A stretch of DNA of 64,000 nucleotides from Eledone cirrhosa (taxonomy: Eukaryota), in assembly GCA_964016885.1 (NCBI GenBank), contig OZ024740.1, positions 189,038,001-189,102,000 of the forward strand, written 5' to 3'. Below, one piece after another: positions 29,054-43,809 of the stretch. The position numbers and the translations under genes are program-made. The notes beneath the pieces are model-generated. The model did not search any database. It had not been told where the DNA came from and worked only from the letters and a program-made list of their open reading frames with translations. Position 1 is the stretch's first letter. The number at the start of each line of letters is the position of its first letter.

Positions 29054-29889
29054 AAAGAAACAACAACAAAAGAAGGGAGATTGGGAAATTGATTTATAGA
29101 GTACAGAAAACCAGCAGAGTCAGCTTAGTTATTGAATTTGTTTCATGCTAAATAGTTGAAGCCATAAAATTTGGTTGTTCTTCCCTTCGTTATATTTCTA
29201 TAGCAACCATTGACATATTTTCCCCTGGACTCTGATATAAAAACTTTATTTTTGTATATATTTTTTTCTCTGTTTATAATATTTTCTGCCTATAAGTTTT
29301 TTATTTTATTTTTAATATACTTTAACAGTCCCTTATTTTTCCTTAAAGTGAGATCTATGACTACATGTTATAAGATATAGCCAGTAATCCAAATTTTAAT
29401 TCCTATAAAGGCAATCTTATTTTTAGTTTTCCGATGCTCATTTTATGCCTGCCTTTTTATATATATTTTCTTTTGTGTGTGATGTAAAGAGGAAAATTCT
29501 TTGATTTTTTTCAATTTTTTTTTAATGTTTATGATTTCATATTTTTATTCTTTGTTTCCAAGATAATTTCAAACCAATAATTGAATTTTCTCCAATTTTT
29601 AATACAGAAGCATAAATTTTAGCATGGACGTTATCAATAAATTTTTTTCTTTCTTAAGAATTAAAAAAACCAAAGATGAAAATATCATGCTTAATATAGA
29701 AAATGGCTTCTATAGGACCAGAAGAAATCATCATGGCTTTCCTGATGATTTCTTTTGAATGAAACAGCCCTAGTCCTGTAGAAGCTATTTCTATATTAAA
29801 CATGATGTTTACACTCTACTAATGTATTGAGTACATTACTAACTGTGGTAACCCCCGATTGGACACACACACATACACACACATACATA

Positions 29890-32062
29890 CATACATACAC
29901 ACATACATACATGATGGCTGCCAACTCGTTTTCGAGTACGGCCACTACTTTATATCCATGTAGGAGAACCCCTACCGATGCGCTGAACGAGTGACTTTTT
30001 AGTCCAGCCAGCGACTTGAAAATTCTAGTACAAACATTACACTTGTGACAATTATTGACACATAGTGCTGGGCCCATGGTACCATGTGACGACAAGTGCA
30101 GAGAGATCTCCAGATATAAAGCAATGCCTGTGCCGTGAAACTTTTATAGTGAGCAAAGGCACTTCACAAAGCCAATCCCACTCTCTTAAACAAGATGATA
30201 TTTACCAAAAAGAAGACCAAGTCAACATCATTGGATACCATGAGGATTGCAGGTGTTATATCAGAGTTTTCCTTCTCCTAGAATTCTGCCTTGACAAAGG
30301 CTAAGAGGGTCATCTCTCCCGGTGATTTTGGATGGCCATTGACTCTTAAGAGCTCCTTTGCCCTTTGACAGGTTTTGTTTTTAGTCCTGCAGGATGTCCA
30401 AAGTCACCCTCCTCACCAAGAAACCTTAGTGGGGTTGCCAGTTTAGTCGCCAACGACCCGACCATGAGACAGGTTGTAATGGGATACATGTTACTAGTAG
30501 CACCAACTGGTGACCTGACATACATACATACATACATACATACATACATAACACAACTAGTTAAGAAATTACAAGTACAATCCATTAATGGAACGGTAAA
30601 AATATGTAAAACATTCCAAAAATGTTGCATCTAATAACTGCATATACACATGTACAGATACAAAGCATATACACATGCACACATACAACTCAAAACATAC
30701 ACATACACACATACAATAACATCCATATCTACACATGCATGCACACATACATATCTACGTAGTTGATGTTGTGTAAATTCCAATGAGAGAATCTTGTGTC
30801 TATGTTAGAAACCGACACTCTCTCTATTGGTAAAACTTTGTGAAATTATAAAACCAAAAGAACATACATACATACATACATACATACATACATACATACA
30901 TGGTGGCTGCCAACTCGCTTTCGAGTATGGCCACTACTTTATATCCATGTAGGAGAACCCCTACCGATGCGCTGAACGAGTGTGACTTTTTAGTCCAGCC
31001 AGCGACTTGAAAACTCTGGTACAAACACTAAACTTGTGACAATTATTGACACATATGTGTATGTGTGTATGTATATGTGTATGTGTGTATGTATATGTGT
31101 GTATGTACTTGTGTGTATGTATATGTGTATGTATATGTGTATGTATATGTGTGTATGTATATGTGTATCTATATATATATGTATACTTATATATATATCT
31201 ATATATATATACTGGTAACATGTATCCCAGACAACCTGTCTCATGGTCGGGTCGTTGGTGACTAAACTGGCAACCCCACCAAGGTTTCTTGGTGAGGAGG
31301 GTGACTTTGGACATCCTGCAGGACTAAAATCAAAACCTGTCAAAGAGCAAAGGAGCTCTTAAGAGTCAATGGCCATCCAAAATCACCGGGAGAGATGACC
31401 CCTTAGCCTTTGTCAAGGCAGAATTCTAGGAGAAGGAAAACATACATACATACATACATGATGGCTGCCAACTCGTTTTCGAGTACAGCCACTACTTTAT
31501 ATCCATGTAGGAGAACCCCTACCGATGCGCTGAACGAGTGTGACTTTTTAGTCCAGCCAGCGACTTGAAAACTCTGGTACAAACACTACACTTGTGACAA
31601 TTATTGACACATAGTGCTGGGCCCATGGTACCATGTGACGACAAGTGCAGAGAGATCTCCAGATATAAAGCAATGCCTGTGCCGTGAAGCTTTTATAGTG
31701 AGCAAAGGCACTGCACAAAGCCAGTCCCACTCTCTTAACCAAGATGATATTTACTAAAAAGAAGAACAAGGCAACATCATTGGATACCATCAGGGTTGCA
31801 GGTGTTATATCAGAGTTTTCCTTCTCCTAGAATTCTGCCTTGACAAAGGCTAAGAGGGTCATCTCTCCCGGTGATTTTGGATGGCCATTGACTCTTAAGA
31901 GCTCCTTTGACAGGTTTTGTTTTTAGTCCTGCAGGATGTCCAAAGTCACCCTCCTCACCAAGAAACCTTGGTGGGGTTGCCAGTTTAGTCGCCAACGACC
32001 CGACCATGAGACAGGTTGTACTGGGATACATGTTACCAGTAGCACCAACTGGTGACCTGACA
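29890..32062 (-). mobile_element. Cluster of three copies of a ~620-bp non-autonomous RTE-derived element in (CATA)n: 29890-30520, split and partly inverted 30899-31440, and 31456-32062
   Basis: 3' part encodes CNVCTRIFKSLAGLKSH (C2H2-like LINE C-terminus) followed by (ATGT)n; 5' part has GGAGAAGGAAAACTCTGA, an RTE 5'UTR-like motif; no RT. Confidence 0.7.
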
Positions 32063-32322
32063 TACATACATACATACATACATACATACATACATACATA
32101 CATACATACATACATACATACATAGATGAGAGAGAGAGAGGAGGAACTGTTTTTATAGAAGGCTATAGTAGTGCAAATCGAACACCAAATATAAACAAAT
32201 AGCAATACCAAATATATCAAAATGTTATAGAGATATTGGGTTGGTCCTGATATATTTCAAGTAAAAAAGAGTTTTTCAGTGGTGTTAGGAAAACATAAGT
32301 GAGATGTAATTATTGTATTTCC

Positions 32323-32549
32323 ATTATGGTGGGGTATCAAATAAAAAAGGAAGCCATTAAAAGTTATAGTGGCATAATTTGATACCCCACCATAATTGTT
32401 TCTACTTTTGGCAGAAGGCCAGCAATTACCCAATACATAAAGTACCAATAATGTATTGGGTAATTGCTGGTCTTGTACCAAAAGTAGAAACAATTATGGT
32501 GGGGTATCAAATTATGCCACTATAACTTCTAATGGCTTCCTTTTTTATT
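32323..32549. repeat. ~100-bp-arm inverted repeat built from a SINE tail plus flanking DNA
   Basis: Arms ~32340-32437 and ~32448-32549; direct repeat ATTATGGTGGGGTATCAAAT at 32323 and 32493. Confidence 0.85.
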
Positions 32550-33827
32550 GCTTTTAGTATATATTGTTGAAAGAATAAGATACCACCTCTACATCTGTTC
32601 ACCTTATGAATTTATTTGATTTGGAATTCAGTTCTTCCTTGCAGCTATTTTGTATGTTCCTCAAACGGGTTTCAAATCCAACGCACATAATGCAGCATCA
32701 ATGTTTTGCCTTTTCAATGTGAGTCAGTATAGTTTCTCTCTACTGAATTTAACATTTTTGATACTAATCCAACCAAAACTACAGTTGTATCAAATTATCT
32801 GGCTATCTGAGCAGAAAAATTTCCTCTTTTACTCGACAATCTAGAAGATATTGGCATGGTATAGTTACAAGCATCAGCCACAACCAAGCAACTTTGAGAT
32901 TATCCTATGAAGTACACTTAAAACTGGAATGAAAGCCAAGGGCTATTTCAGTGAGATCTGAAATCAGAATATAAGAATATGGAACTATAAACTGCTGAGC
33001 ATTTAATTCCATCACAGTACTGTTTTTGCCATTCTTGCAGCTCCTCTTCCCTTAAGATAATAATCATAATTATTTAAATAAACAAAATATATGCTTATAG
33101 ATTAAGAGTATCCTTGATTGAACTGACTCTAGCTTATTTTATCATCTCAAGAGGGATAAAAGACTAAATAAACCATGGTGATTTGAAAGCAGAAATATGA
33201 TGCTACAAAGCATCTTGCTGGGTATCTTTGCATGCTTTTATTCTCTGGAGTAATCCTGGCTTTATCAAGTAAATAAGAAGAATCAAAGGGTAGAAGAATT
33301 AAATAAATTGCTAATAACTTTTTAAAAGTTAATTTCATCCTACCATCATGCCACATATTTTTGTGTTTATTTGCTCTCTTGATTTTATATATTTATTTAT
33401 ATATATTATTTTTTCGAGTATGTTCATATTATTTTCATGTGCACTGTTGCTGTAACCATTTTTGTAATTATCTACTACTACTAGTATCACCACCACCACC
33501 TACACCACCACAGACACTCATGCAATATTCAACATATTCAAATTTTGAAAAATAATTCCTTATTTGATTAGTAAATATTCTATTGTTTGGTTAAATCCAT
33601 CTTTACCTTTACCCAATATTCACTAAACTTCACCACATTTAATATATTTACTGATTGTCTTGAGGTATAAAAAATATTTCTGATGTTAGATATTGAACTC
33701 AACACAATTTATCTGCTTTGTTAGGAATTTAATGGCATTTAAATATATTTCAGTAAGGGCAGCAAGGATGGTTTTAAGTTTGAGCTAGATTTACAAATGA
33801 AATTCTTAGTTTACTATTAATTTAGTA

Positions 33828-34073
33828 CAGAGGTTCTCAAAATTGTTGGGCCACTACACAATATTAATAAATAATATAATATATACTAGGAATAAATAAA
33901 TATTATATATTTTGTTATTTTACTATATTTATATATATGTATCATTTGATATGTAATATACTATATCATCTCTAACGCCAACCCCTACCATCCCCTTAGG
34001 TCATAGCCCCCCCCCCACTGGACCTTCTCAATGCACCTTAGGAGGATGGTAGCACCCACTTTGAGTACCTCTG
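33828..34073. mobile_element. hAT (Charlie-like) MITE
   Basis: TIRs CAGAGGTTCTCAAA and TTTGAGTACCTCTG; perfect 8-bp TSD ATTTAGTA. Confidence 0.85.
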
Positions 34074-35196
34074 ATTTAGTACTTCCTCTTTAATTTTTCT
34101 TCAGTTCTACATTCCTATTTTGGTCATATTATCATCATTGTATTTTTATGCCTGCTTTACTATGTTGATATAAGTTGGACAGGGATCTTTGAAGTAGTGT
34201 TTTGTAGCCGGATGCTATTCCTTATAACAGTTCTTTTAGTTATCTATTACAACAAACACTGATATTGTGTACCTACACTAAGATCTAATATAAAAAATAT
34301 GATATCACATATGGTATCAATGTATAAATATGATAAATAATTTAAGGGTGGTTGATTGGCAATATTGGTAGAGCGTCGGACAAAATGCTTTGTTGCATAG
34401 AGTTAAGGCCCTTTATGTTCTGAGTTCAAATCCCACCAAGATTAGTTGTGCATTGCATCCTTTCAGTATCAGTAAAATAAAGTACCAGTAATGTAAATTT
34501 AATCACTCTCCCCAATAAAAAAAGAATTGTTAGCCTTGTGTCTAAATCCGAAACCATTATTATAAATAATTTATCAACACAGATGTCTGCTACCTATTGT
34601 TTCAAAGCCTAATCTAGCGTAGGTCATAGACACTATATATTCTGCTGTTGCTTGTGTTTCAGGCAAGACTAAGATGGCCAATGGTCGGACGCCATGCTTT
34701 CCAGCATAGTTACGTCCCTTTACGATCTGAGTTGAAATCCCTCCGAGGTTGACTTTGCCTTTCATCCTTACGGGGTCGATAAAATAAAGTACCAGTAATG
34801 CACTGTTTAATTGCTGGCCTTGTGCCAAAAGTAGAAACAGTTATTTCATACAGGAGATCTCGTCAAGTACAAGGGAGATAATAATAATATGATAATAAAT
34901 TTTAATGGTTTTTGCTATTCAAGGGAAGTAACACATATGTTTATATTTTTGAAAGTAATTATAATAGTTAAATTGTGTGTATGTATGTGTTTGTTCGTGA
35001 TTTTAAGTGTATTATTGTAGTGAAAGTGTGCTTTTATTAAGGTCAGGCCTTACACACAAATACAGTTATATACAATAAGCTATATAAATAATGTATACAT
35101 AAATATGATACACACCGACCTTTAACAATACACATATCACACTCTACCTTAATAATGGGTTAAATAAAACAATATATATAAATAATACACACATTA

Positions 35197-35232
<36 letters not shown>

Positions 35233-35267
35233 AAGTACAAAAATACACAACATAGATATTTTACAAC

Positions 35268-35972
35268 ATCTCTAACAAAATACACCCCCGTCCCACTACC
35301 CCCACCCCATCCACACCACCCCTTTCAATGTAAAGTTATGTTGGTACCACAACATCCAGGCCGAAACAAATGAGGTCGTGTAGGTGTCACGACAAAAAAA
35401 AACACACAGTCCACGCTGTAATGTGGCCGTGTAGGTAACACGGTAAAAACCTCCCAGTCCACACTGTAAACGTGGTTGGTGTTAGGAAGGGCATCCAGCC
35501 GTAGAAAACCCGCAAGACAGTCCTATGTGAGCGAGACAACCACTCTTCCCTCAAGTGGGAAAACTCCCGTCCAAACCCATGCAAGCGTGGAAGATGGACG
35601 TTAAACGATGATGATGATCCCCAATTACACCTCTCAAAGACGATGACACACGACCGTGACCTCTGGCGTCATGCAGTAATACAGAAGACCCCCCCGTCAC
35701 GGGTACAAGCGGAAACTGAAGCATATAGACAATATGCCCCCACACCCTCCCACTGCAAAGTGGTCGTGGAGGTGCCACGGCAAAAAACCACCCACCACTC
35801 GCTGTAAATGAGGTTGGTGTTAGGAAGGGCATCCAGCTGTAGAAATCAAGCCAGAGCAGTTCCCGTATGAGCAAGGCATGGTCAGCCGACTGGTTAATGC
35901 ACACAACCGGATAACCCGTCTACTCCATGCTAGCGTGGAAGAACGGACGTAAAACGGTGATGATGATGATGA
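35268..35972 (+). mobile_element. Two tandem RTE 3' fragments (35268-35617 and 35620-35972), each with a (GAT)n tail
   Basis: First matches 5918-6390; second matches the ORF end (5808-5880) followed by a variant 3' UTR. Confidence 0.85.
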
Positions 35973-37499
35973 TATTACACCTTAATTCCTACAGGAATCC
36001 ATATGATTATACAAGGAAAACACAGCAAAGACATACCCACAAATACACACAATACAGACACTTTAACAATTAAATTACATTAAAAAATAATAAACTTATA
36101 GACATATGAATTACTCACCCCAAATAACTAAATTTATTATTACATTATTATTACCTGCCTTGAACTTGTGATATTATGTATGACAAAGCAACACTTTATA
36201 GTGCCTCTATGATCTATGCTAGAGTAGGCTTTGTAACGTTAAGTAGAAAGCAACTGTGTTGAGAAATATAATAATATATTGTTGTTCTATTTAATATTAT
36301 GTGCTTTTTTTCTTTATCTATTCTATGGAAACACTTGACACTATATATAGCCAAAATCAGATCCATGTATGTGAATCAAGGTCCTCTGACCTTATCTCTC
36401 ACAAAGGGACTTCTCGTCCTACCCATGCTAGTGTGAAAATAGACGTTTAATGGTGATGATGGTGATATATATATATATATATATATGTAAAATAATAATA
36501 ACATTACAAAAGATGCTGATGTTACATAAATCATTTATTCATTATAATTATTTCAACGGTTCTCCCATGCATTCAAGATGTAATTCGCACATTTGTTGTT
36601 GTTATGAGAACGGTATACTCAGATGAAATTTGGCAGGAAAAACACATCCTTCTGCTCGTGTGACCGTCAGACATATATAATATGACATTATAATATCATA
36701 TTATATATATATAATATCATATTATAATGTTTAAGGGTCAAACTGGTCACTCACACTCAATAGCTTGCTCAATAATAACAGTAATAATGCCTGAATTAGA
36801 GCATCCTCGTTTAGATTTTAGTAGTGAAGTGACAATACCCAAACAAAGTATGTGAGGGCATTCAATAAAATTAACATTGAGACATTAAGAGTATTGATAA
36901 TTACATGTACCTTGTGGTTTCAATTCATCCAAACACTTGTTGTAGTGCACCTGAGCACTGTACACAATAATTTCATTATTATTATTTAACTGCAATTCTC
37001 TGTGTGTGTGTGTGTGTGTGTGTTTGTTTTTGGATTGTTTTACAATTGGTAGATGCCCTACCTAATGCCAACTCCTTTACAGTATGGACTGGATGCTTTT
37101 TGTCTTGTCACTATATATGTATATATACACACACACACACACATACACACACTCATATATATATTTATATAGATAGATATGGTGAGTAATATTAGATATT
37201 ACCCAGTTACAAGTATGAATATACCTCAATGTAATATAACAAGTAGTTTCATTTACATGTACATTTACAATAAAACATAAATACATGTAAATGAAATGTC
37301 ATTGTTTTTCCTTATTATATACACTCTGTCTACTAACTCTATAAAACCAGTGATATGAAACTAAACTATTTTTGCATCACCAGATCTCACCGCACTCTAA
37401 AACATATAGCCAGCAAACTCAAAACATCCAACTTGTAATTGCAGAAATTTCTTAGATCATTCTCTCAGATTGTGTTGCCCGACTAGAGCTGTGGTATAT

Positions 37500-37544
<45 letters not shown>

Positions 37545-37659
37545 CAAGATAGACCATTATCAACAGGGTACTCAATACTTGGGGTTATAGAATATGGTTA
37601 TATTATAAAGTGTCAGAACCCTGACCGCTGAGCTCTTGCCATCTTGCCATTTCAACAGC

Positions 37660-37694
<35 letters not shown>

Positions 37695-40600
37695 CACCAC
37701 ACCATCGTTTTTGCGTCCACTTTTCCATAGTGGCCTGGTTTAGATGAAATTTGAGTCAGTGTATCTATTCTGAAAACTGGAAAAGACATTTAGTTATCTT
37801 TGTCCTTGTTGATTGTATATGAGCTTGGATATATTCACTGTGGTATCTTCCAATATTTTCCACCCTAACCTTACCTTTTTTCCAGGTAGTAGTCATGGTG
37901 TTTGCAACTAGCCTTAGTACCTCGTGTACTGCATATTGGTAATTTTCCTGATGCAGTTCCATTGGACTGCTTTGGGTTCTGCAGTCAGTTTAACTCTGTG
38001 TTAATCATAGTTATGGATCGACAAAGAATTTCCTTATAACCAACATGGGTTCATTTTTTTCTCATTTAAAATGATCTCAGAATTCATCTTACCAACCATC
38101 TGTGCATTGTTGCCATGTTAATAATGTGAACACGAAACATTGTATCATTACTAATTTTGATCCTCACATCATACACCGATTGTACTTGTGAAATTACAAC
38201 TTTCTCTGGTTTATGTATCCTTGTTGAAATATGTTAGAGAGTACTTGAAATTTTACTACAAAGTACTTGAAATTTTCCATTGTTTTCTTCAGTGTTTCTG
38301 GGATGTCTTTCTGCAGCTGGATGTATCCTATTCAATCCACGGTCTTCTCATTCCTGTTCGAGGAGCCCTTCACTGATTTTGGTTTTGGTCATGTCTTTAG
38401 CAGTGTAGATATATTCACCACTCTTAGCCAATTGTGGATTGGTATAGCTATTTAACCCATAGTTAGGGTGGATGGCCATTGACTCTGAGGAGTTCACCTG
38501 CCCTTTTAACAGCTCTTATTCTTTCGTGCTGCTGATGGATGTATATGCATTTCTTATTTGGGTTTTCTTGCTTCATTGTTGATGCCCTATGAATTCATGG
38601 GGTGTGCTTTTCTTCAGATCCTTTCTTGCATCCCTGTGGAATGTGTGGGGAACAAATACTCTATTATGTATAAATCTGACAAGGTTTAAGATGAGGAAAG
38701 TGGCAGGTTGTCCCATTTATACAATATCTTCCAGTACCTTTTAAATAAGTGATTACAGCCCTGTTATTTATGCTGCATGTGTTTGTTGGTTTCAGAGTTG
38801 ATATTATTTTACATAGGTCTCACATTTTCTTCTTGATGATAACATTTTTCATTAATTTTATATTACTTTTTTTACTTCTATTGTTGATGTTTAGCCTCAG
38901 GTCAACCTTGATCAACAAGATCCATGGTCAAAGGCATTCCAGATGTGACCATATCCAGCGTGTCCATTATTTAAAAAATGATAGTGAGATTTGTGGGAGA
39001 TTCTGCTACTATTTCTTGTTGGCTCAACAATTTCTACTGGTGTCTTTAGTTATCTTGGACTGGGGGTATTTTTGATTTTTCTTTTGCATTTTTCTTATCA
39101 CCTTTCTTATTTATGACTTTATTAGCTTGGCCTCTTTGGATTTCTCTGGAACTTGACATGTTTTGTTCATGTTTTTGCTATATTCATCATCATCATCATC
39201 ATCATCGTTTAACGTCTATCTTCATATTTTTCTATTTAGTAAATTCAAATACAGGCTGATAAGGCATAAAATGAGTACATTTCCTTTACCTCTTGCTTTC
39301 TTTGTGGCCATTGATCTATATAATCCATAGCTTTTCAGGTCATTAGCAATCAAATTTTTAGTCCTAAACCAGCCATTAGAACAAGGTGAATTTTTTTAAA
39401 CCTGCCATTTCTCCATTCTGTTCAACAAAATACCTTGCTATATTTAATTTTCTTTTTATATACTAAGTTCAAATCCCATTGAGGTCAACTTTACCTTTCA
39501 TCTTGTCAGAATTATTTTCATAATAGTAAATTAGCAGAATCATTAGAGTGATGCTCAAAACGATGTTTGAAAATTTGTTATGGCTTTTTTTATGCTCAAA
39601 TCCTGCTGAGGTCAACTTTATTTTTCATGATTTCAGGGTTGATAAAGTTAATTTCAACAGTCTATATAATCGATTTTTTCCTTCCCCATAGAGACGATTA
39701 TTATCATTATTTTGTGAACATATAAAACATTGATGTGACTACTGATTAAGTGAGATAATAATTCAAAGTTTAGCTATAAAATAAAGATAATTATGACAAT
39801 TTATGTATTTATTTTTATATTTTTGTGGAACATGGTGTTTATGAGTGAGAAAAAGACAACAGAAAGATGTAATTATGATATAAGAGTAATGCAAATGAAT
39901 GTGTGCATGCACGTGTGTGTGTATATATATATATGTGTGTATATATATGTATATATGTATATATATATGTGTGTGTATATATATGTATATACATGTGTAT
40001 ATATGTATATATGTGTATATATGTATATATATGTGTATATATGCACATATGTGTGTGTATATATATATTTATATATATATATATATATGTGTGTGTATAT
40101 ATATATGTATATATATGTGTGTATATATATATATATGTATATATATATATGTGTGTGTGTGTGTATGTCTCTATATATATCATCATATGTTTAAGCTTTA
40201 TTCATTTGTTTTATATATATATTTAACAGCTTTCCATTGTTTTTTACCTCTTGCATAGACACCATATATTTACAAAAACTGGATAGATAAATAAATAAAT
40301 TTGCATCTTTATCTTTATTTTATTACTAACTCTAAATTATATATATATATATATATATATTGGGAGTCAGCTGGTGATTCATTCTATTGTCACTCAGTAT
40401 GTCACATAAGTATGGTATATGTATGATCAGTCAGGCTGTATATGAAATCATCATATGTAATACCAGACACTATATTGAATTAATATAATGTTTCACTGAT
40501 CATATGTGTAACTACAATTTATGAAGCCGATTTCCAAAACCTATTACATGCATTTAATACTCTTTTTGTAGTTTGTAAGTAAAAATGTATCATCATCATC

Positions 40601-42627
40601 ATCATCTTATATCTACTTTCAATGCCAGTATGGTTTGGACAGATTGTTTTAGTCTGAGTCAATTGTTATTCTAAGTTACTATTTTCCTAGATCGGTCAAC
40701 AGTCAATGTTGTGTCTGTATGTTTCACTTTTAGCAGTATGAGTTCAATGGTTTGATGCTCTTTTTAACCTCAAACACTTAAGAGTGTACTGTGGCCTTTT
40801 CATAGCACCCCCATTAGTAAGGATGTTATAGCATCGGAAATGTTAATGAGTCCTTTCCACCCTACATTGTCCCCTTCAATCACTAAACTCTGTACACATG
40901 ATGTATTTTATTGTGATACCAACTCTAGAGACATTGCCCTGTCCTCTTTGTTGCTAAAGAGTTCTTTCCCTTCTACATAGTCATGGCTTATTCCAGGAAA
41001 AATTACATGAGTTCATGATTTGAAAGGATGTGATGTGTGGAATGAAGAGAGAATATGAATTTATGTGTGAAAAGAGAAACATAGTGATTGGGTGATAGGG
41101 AAGAGAGAGGAATAGTAATAACTGCAAGATTTTGATTGATAGGAGTTTTAGTAGAAAACTGCATGGACAGCATATTGAAATAGGGATGTGTCATGGAAGG
41201 AGAGAGAGGGATGGGTGACAACAGAAAAGTATGATAAGAGGTGATTGTGGTAGATGTCAGATGAGAAATTGATGGAGGGATTGAGGGAGTTAACAGTAGA
41301 GCGTGATGGCATTGAATATAGATGTGAGTGATGGATAATAGATATGTGTTTCAAGTGAGTTATAAAGAGAATTATTAATTGTATTTACTTTTGGCATAAG
41401 GCCAGCAATTATCCCAGTGTGTTACTGGTACTTTATTTTATCGACCCTGTAAGGATGAAAGGTAAAGTTAACCTCGGCGGGATTTGAAGTCACACCATAA
41501 AGGGCCGGTTATATGGGAACCAGATTTTGAAAAAATATTTGACCAAAATGTTCTGCTTTTGGATGTGTGGAATAAATGTTTAAAATAAGTATCTTGTTAA
41601 AGTGACCCGAGACAGCAGTCACAGTAAGCTCATACTTCAGGATCAAAAATAGTTTTCAAATAATTCTAATTTAACACTAGTTGTAATTTACAACTTTACT
41701 CTTTCTTGCTGGCATAGAAAATCATTAAAAATTGTGTTGTAACCTTGAAGGCCCTTAGATAACCAACAATGAGGATAGGATTTATCGGTGATGGAGGTGG
41801 AGTGCAGTGTGGGAAAATGCCCTCCACACCCATCACCGAACAGGCCACCTTCTCTTTTTCTCTTTCTCTTTTCCTGCTTATATGTGTATATATATTTATA
41901 CATACATATATGTATATATATCATCATCATTATCATTGTTTCTATTTTTCGCGCTAGCATGGGTTAGACAGGCTGTCCCATCTGAGGCAAGTCATATCAG
42001 GTGACTGTGTCTTGCTCATACAGAAATATTTCTACAGCTGGATGCCCTTCCTTACGCTAATTACATTTACAGTGCGTGCTGGGTGGTTTTTGTCATGACA
42101 CCTATATTACCACTTTACAGTGTGGGCTGGGTGCTATTTGTCATGACACCTACACAACCACACTACAGTGTTGGTTGGGTGCTTTTTGCCATGACAACTA
42201 CACAACCACTTTATAGTGTTGACAAGGTGCATTATTGTTGTAATACCAACAGCTTAGTAAAATAGAAAAAAAAATGGAAGTTAGTTGTAAATTCCTTTCT
42301 TTTTATATATATCTATATTTGTAAAGCTCTAGCTCATTTTTATATCATGTTTGTTGAATATCTACTAGAATCCAACCATATGGGACATTCTTTTTTTTCC
42401 AATAATTGGGAAAACGTGTTTTGTAACAATATATTTTACATTTCCCTTGTTGGGTTGGCTAGATTATATACAACACTTCTTTTCTTGGTATGGTGTATTT
42501 TTTGTTGTATTTTTGGTTGAGATATTGTGATTTTAGTAGTACATAATTCCATTTTGCTATTGACAGGAGCAGATTTACACCTTGGGTATCCAGGGCAGTT
42601 CGGGTTTGGTGAGCACTTCATATAACA

Positions 42628-42668
<41 letters not shown>

Positions 42669-42819
42669 CACACTCACACACAACACACACACTCAAATAT
42701 GCAGGAAGAGAGAAGAAAGGGCCTGTTGAGAAAGTTGGGGTATCTCTGTTTGATGACATTAGTGGGTGTATATATTGTATATGGAAGTACAATAAGATGA
42801 TATTAGACTTATTGCATTT

Positions 42820-42875
<56 letters not shown>

Positions 42876-43034
42876 TAAAATAACAGAATAAAGTTTAAGC
42901 AATTAAACTTTAATCTGTTATTTTAATAAATATTTGCTCTACGGTTCTTATATATTTGATATATATTTATCCTTATGTGTGGATTTTAGTCTTAAAATTT
43001 ATTATTATTACTATATATATATATATATATATAA

Positions 43035-43773
43035 GGTATATTTTGAGTTAGAAACTCAAAATAGTCTCTTACAATAAAATAGCTCTAGGAAAGACATTTT
43101 TCCGAACCGCATATTATAATTGAATATAAAAGAAAAACGAACACAGATATATACATATATGTGTTCAAATCGTAAGGGACCAGATTCGCTAAGGTCAAAA
43201 GAATACTAACTATAGACAATAGGCTTTGCCAGACTCAATTTAAGAATAAATCAAGAAAATAAATACAAACCGGAATTGTGGTAACTACCAATCACCCATA
43301 CAGCTTTGGTCAGCTGTTTTGCAAAATGAATTGTGAAGAGGAATACCGATTCTTGCTCAGGCTCCGTTAATTTGTTGAGCTAATTCAAATGTCGAGTAAA
43401 CCTGGCTGCTATTTTTAGTGGTGTGAGTTTGTGAGACACGCTAAGTTCAGATACCATGTGCATTATTATATATACGCACACTATTCAGTTTTTTAATATA
43501 CTTAGAAGTGTCCAAGATATTAATTCTTCACCCACTGATGAGCAAGAATCGGTATTCCTCTTCACAATTAATTTTGCGAAACAGCTGACCAAAGCTGTAT
43601 GGTTGATTGGTAGTTACCACAATTCCAGTTTGTATTTATTTTCTTGATTTATTCTTAAATTGAGTCTGGCAAAGCCTATTGTTAGTATTCTTTTCACCTA
43701 AGCGAATCTGGTCCCTTACGATTTGAACACATATATGTATATATCTGTGTTGGTTTTTCTTTTATATTCAATT
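43035..43773. mobile_element. Fold-back PLE-like element with ~240-bp inverted arms (43118-43359 and 43539-43773)
   Basis: Reverse-complement match by eye; TA flanks; carries a hammerhead. Confidence 0.8.
43529..43605 (+). ncRNA. Complete type-I hammerhead ribozyme motif with stable helix III
   Basis: CACCCA-CTGATGA-GCAAGAAT..ATTTTGC-GAAA-CAGCT(GACCAA)AGCTG-TA^TGGTTG; the mirror arm reads TGGGTG, a perfect helix I partner. Confidence 0.85.
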
Positions 43774-43809
43774 CTAATTATATATATAAATATATATATT
43801 TCCTTCATC

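Noticed and set aside
31890-32062. HDV-like or twister ribozyme at the 5' end of the bipartite RTE element
   Set aside because: A P1-like pairing exists, but P1.1/P3/J4-2 or twister core residues could not be placed by eye
37760-38640. Possible decayed coding retroelement on the minus strand
   Set aside because: Only a short match to the 30330-30370 element and no diagnostic protein motif; cannot be classified
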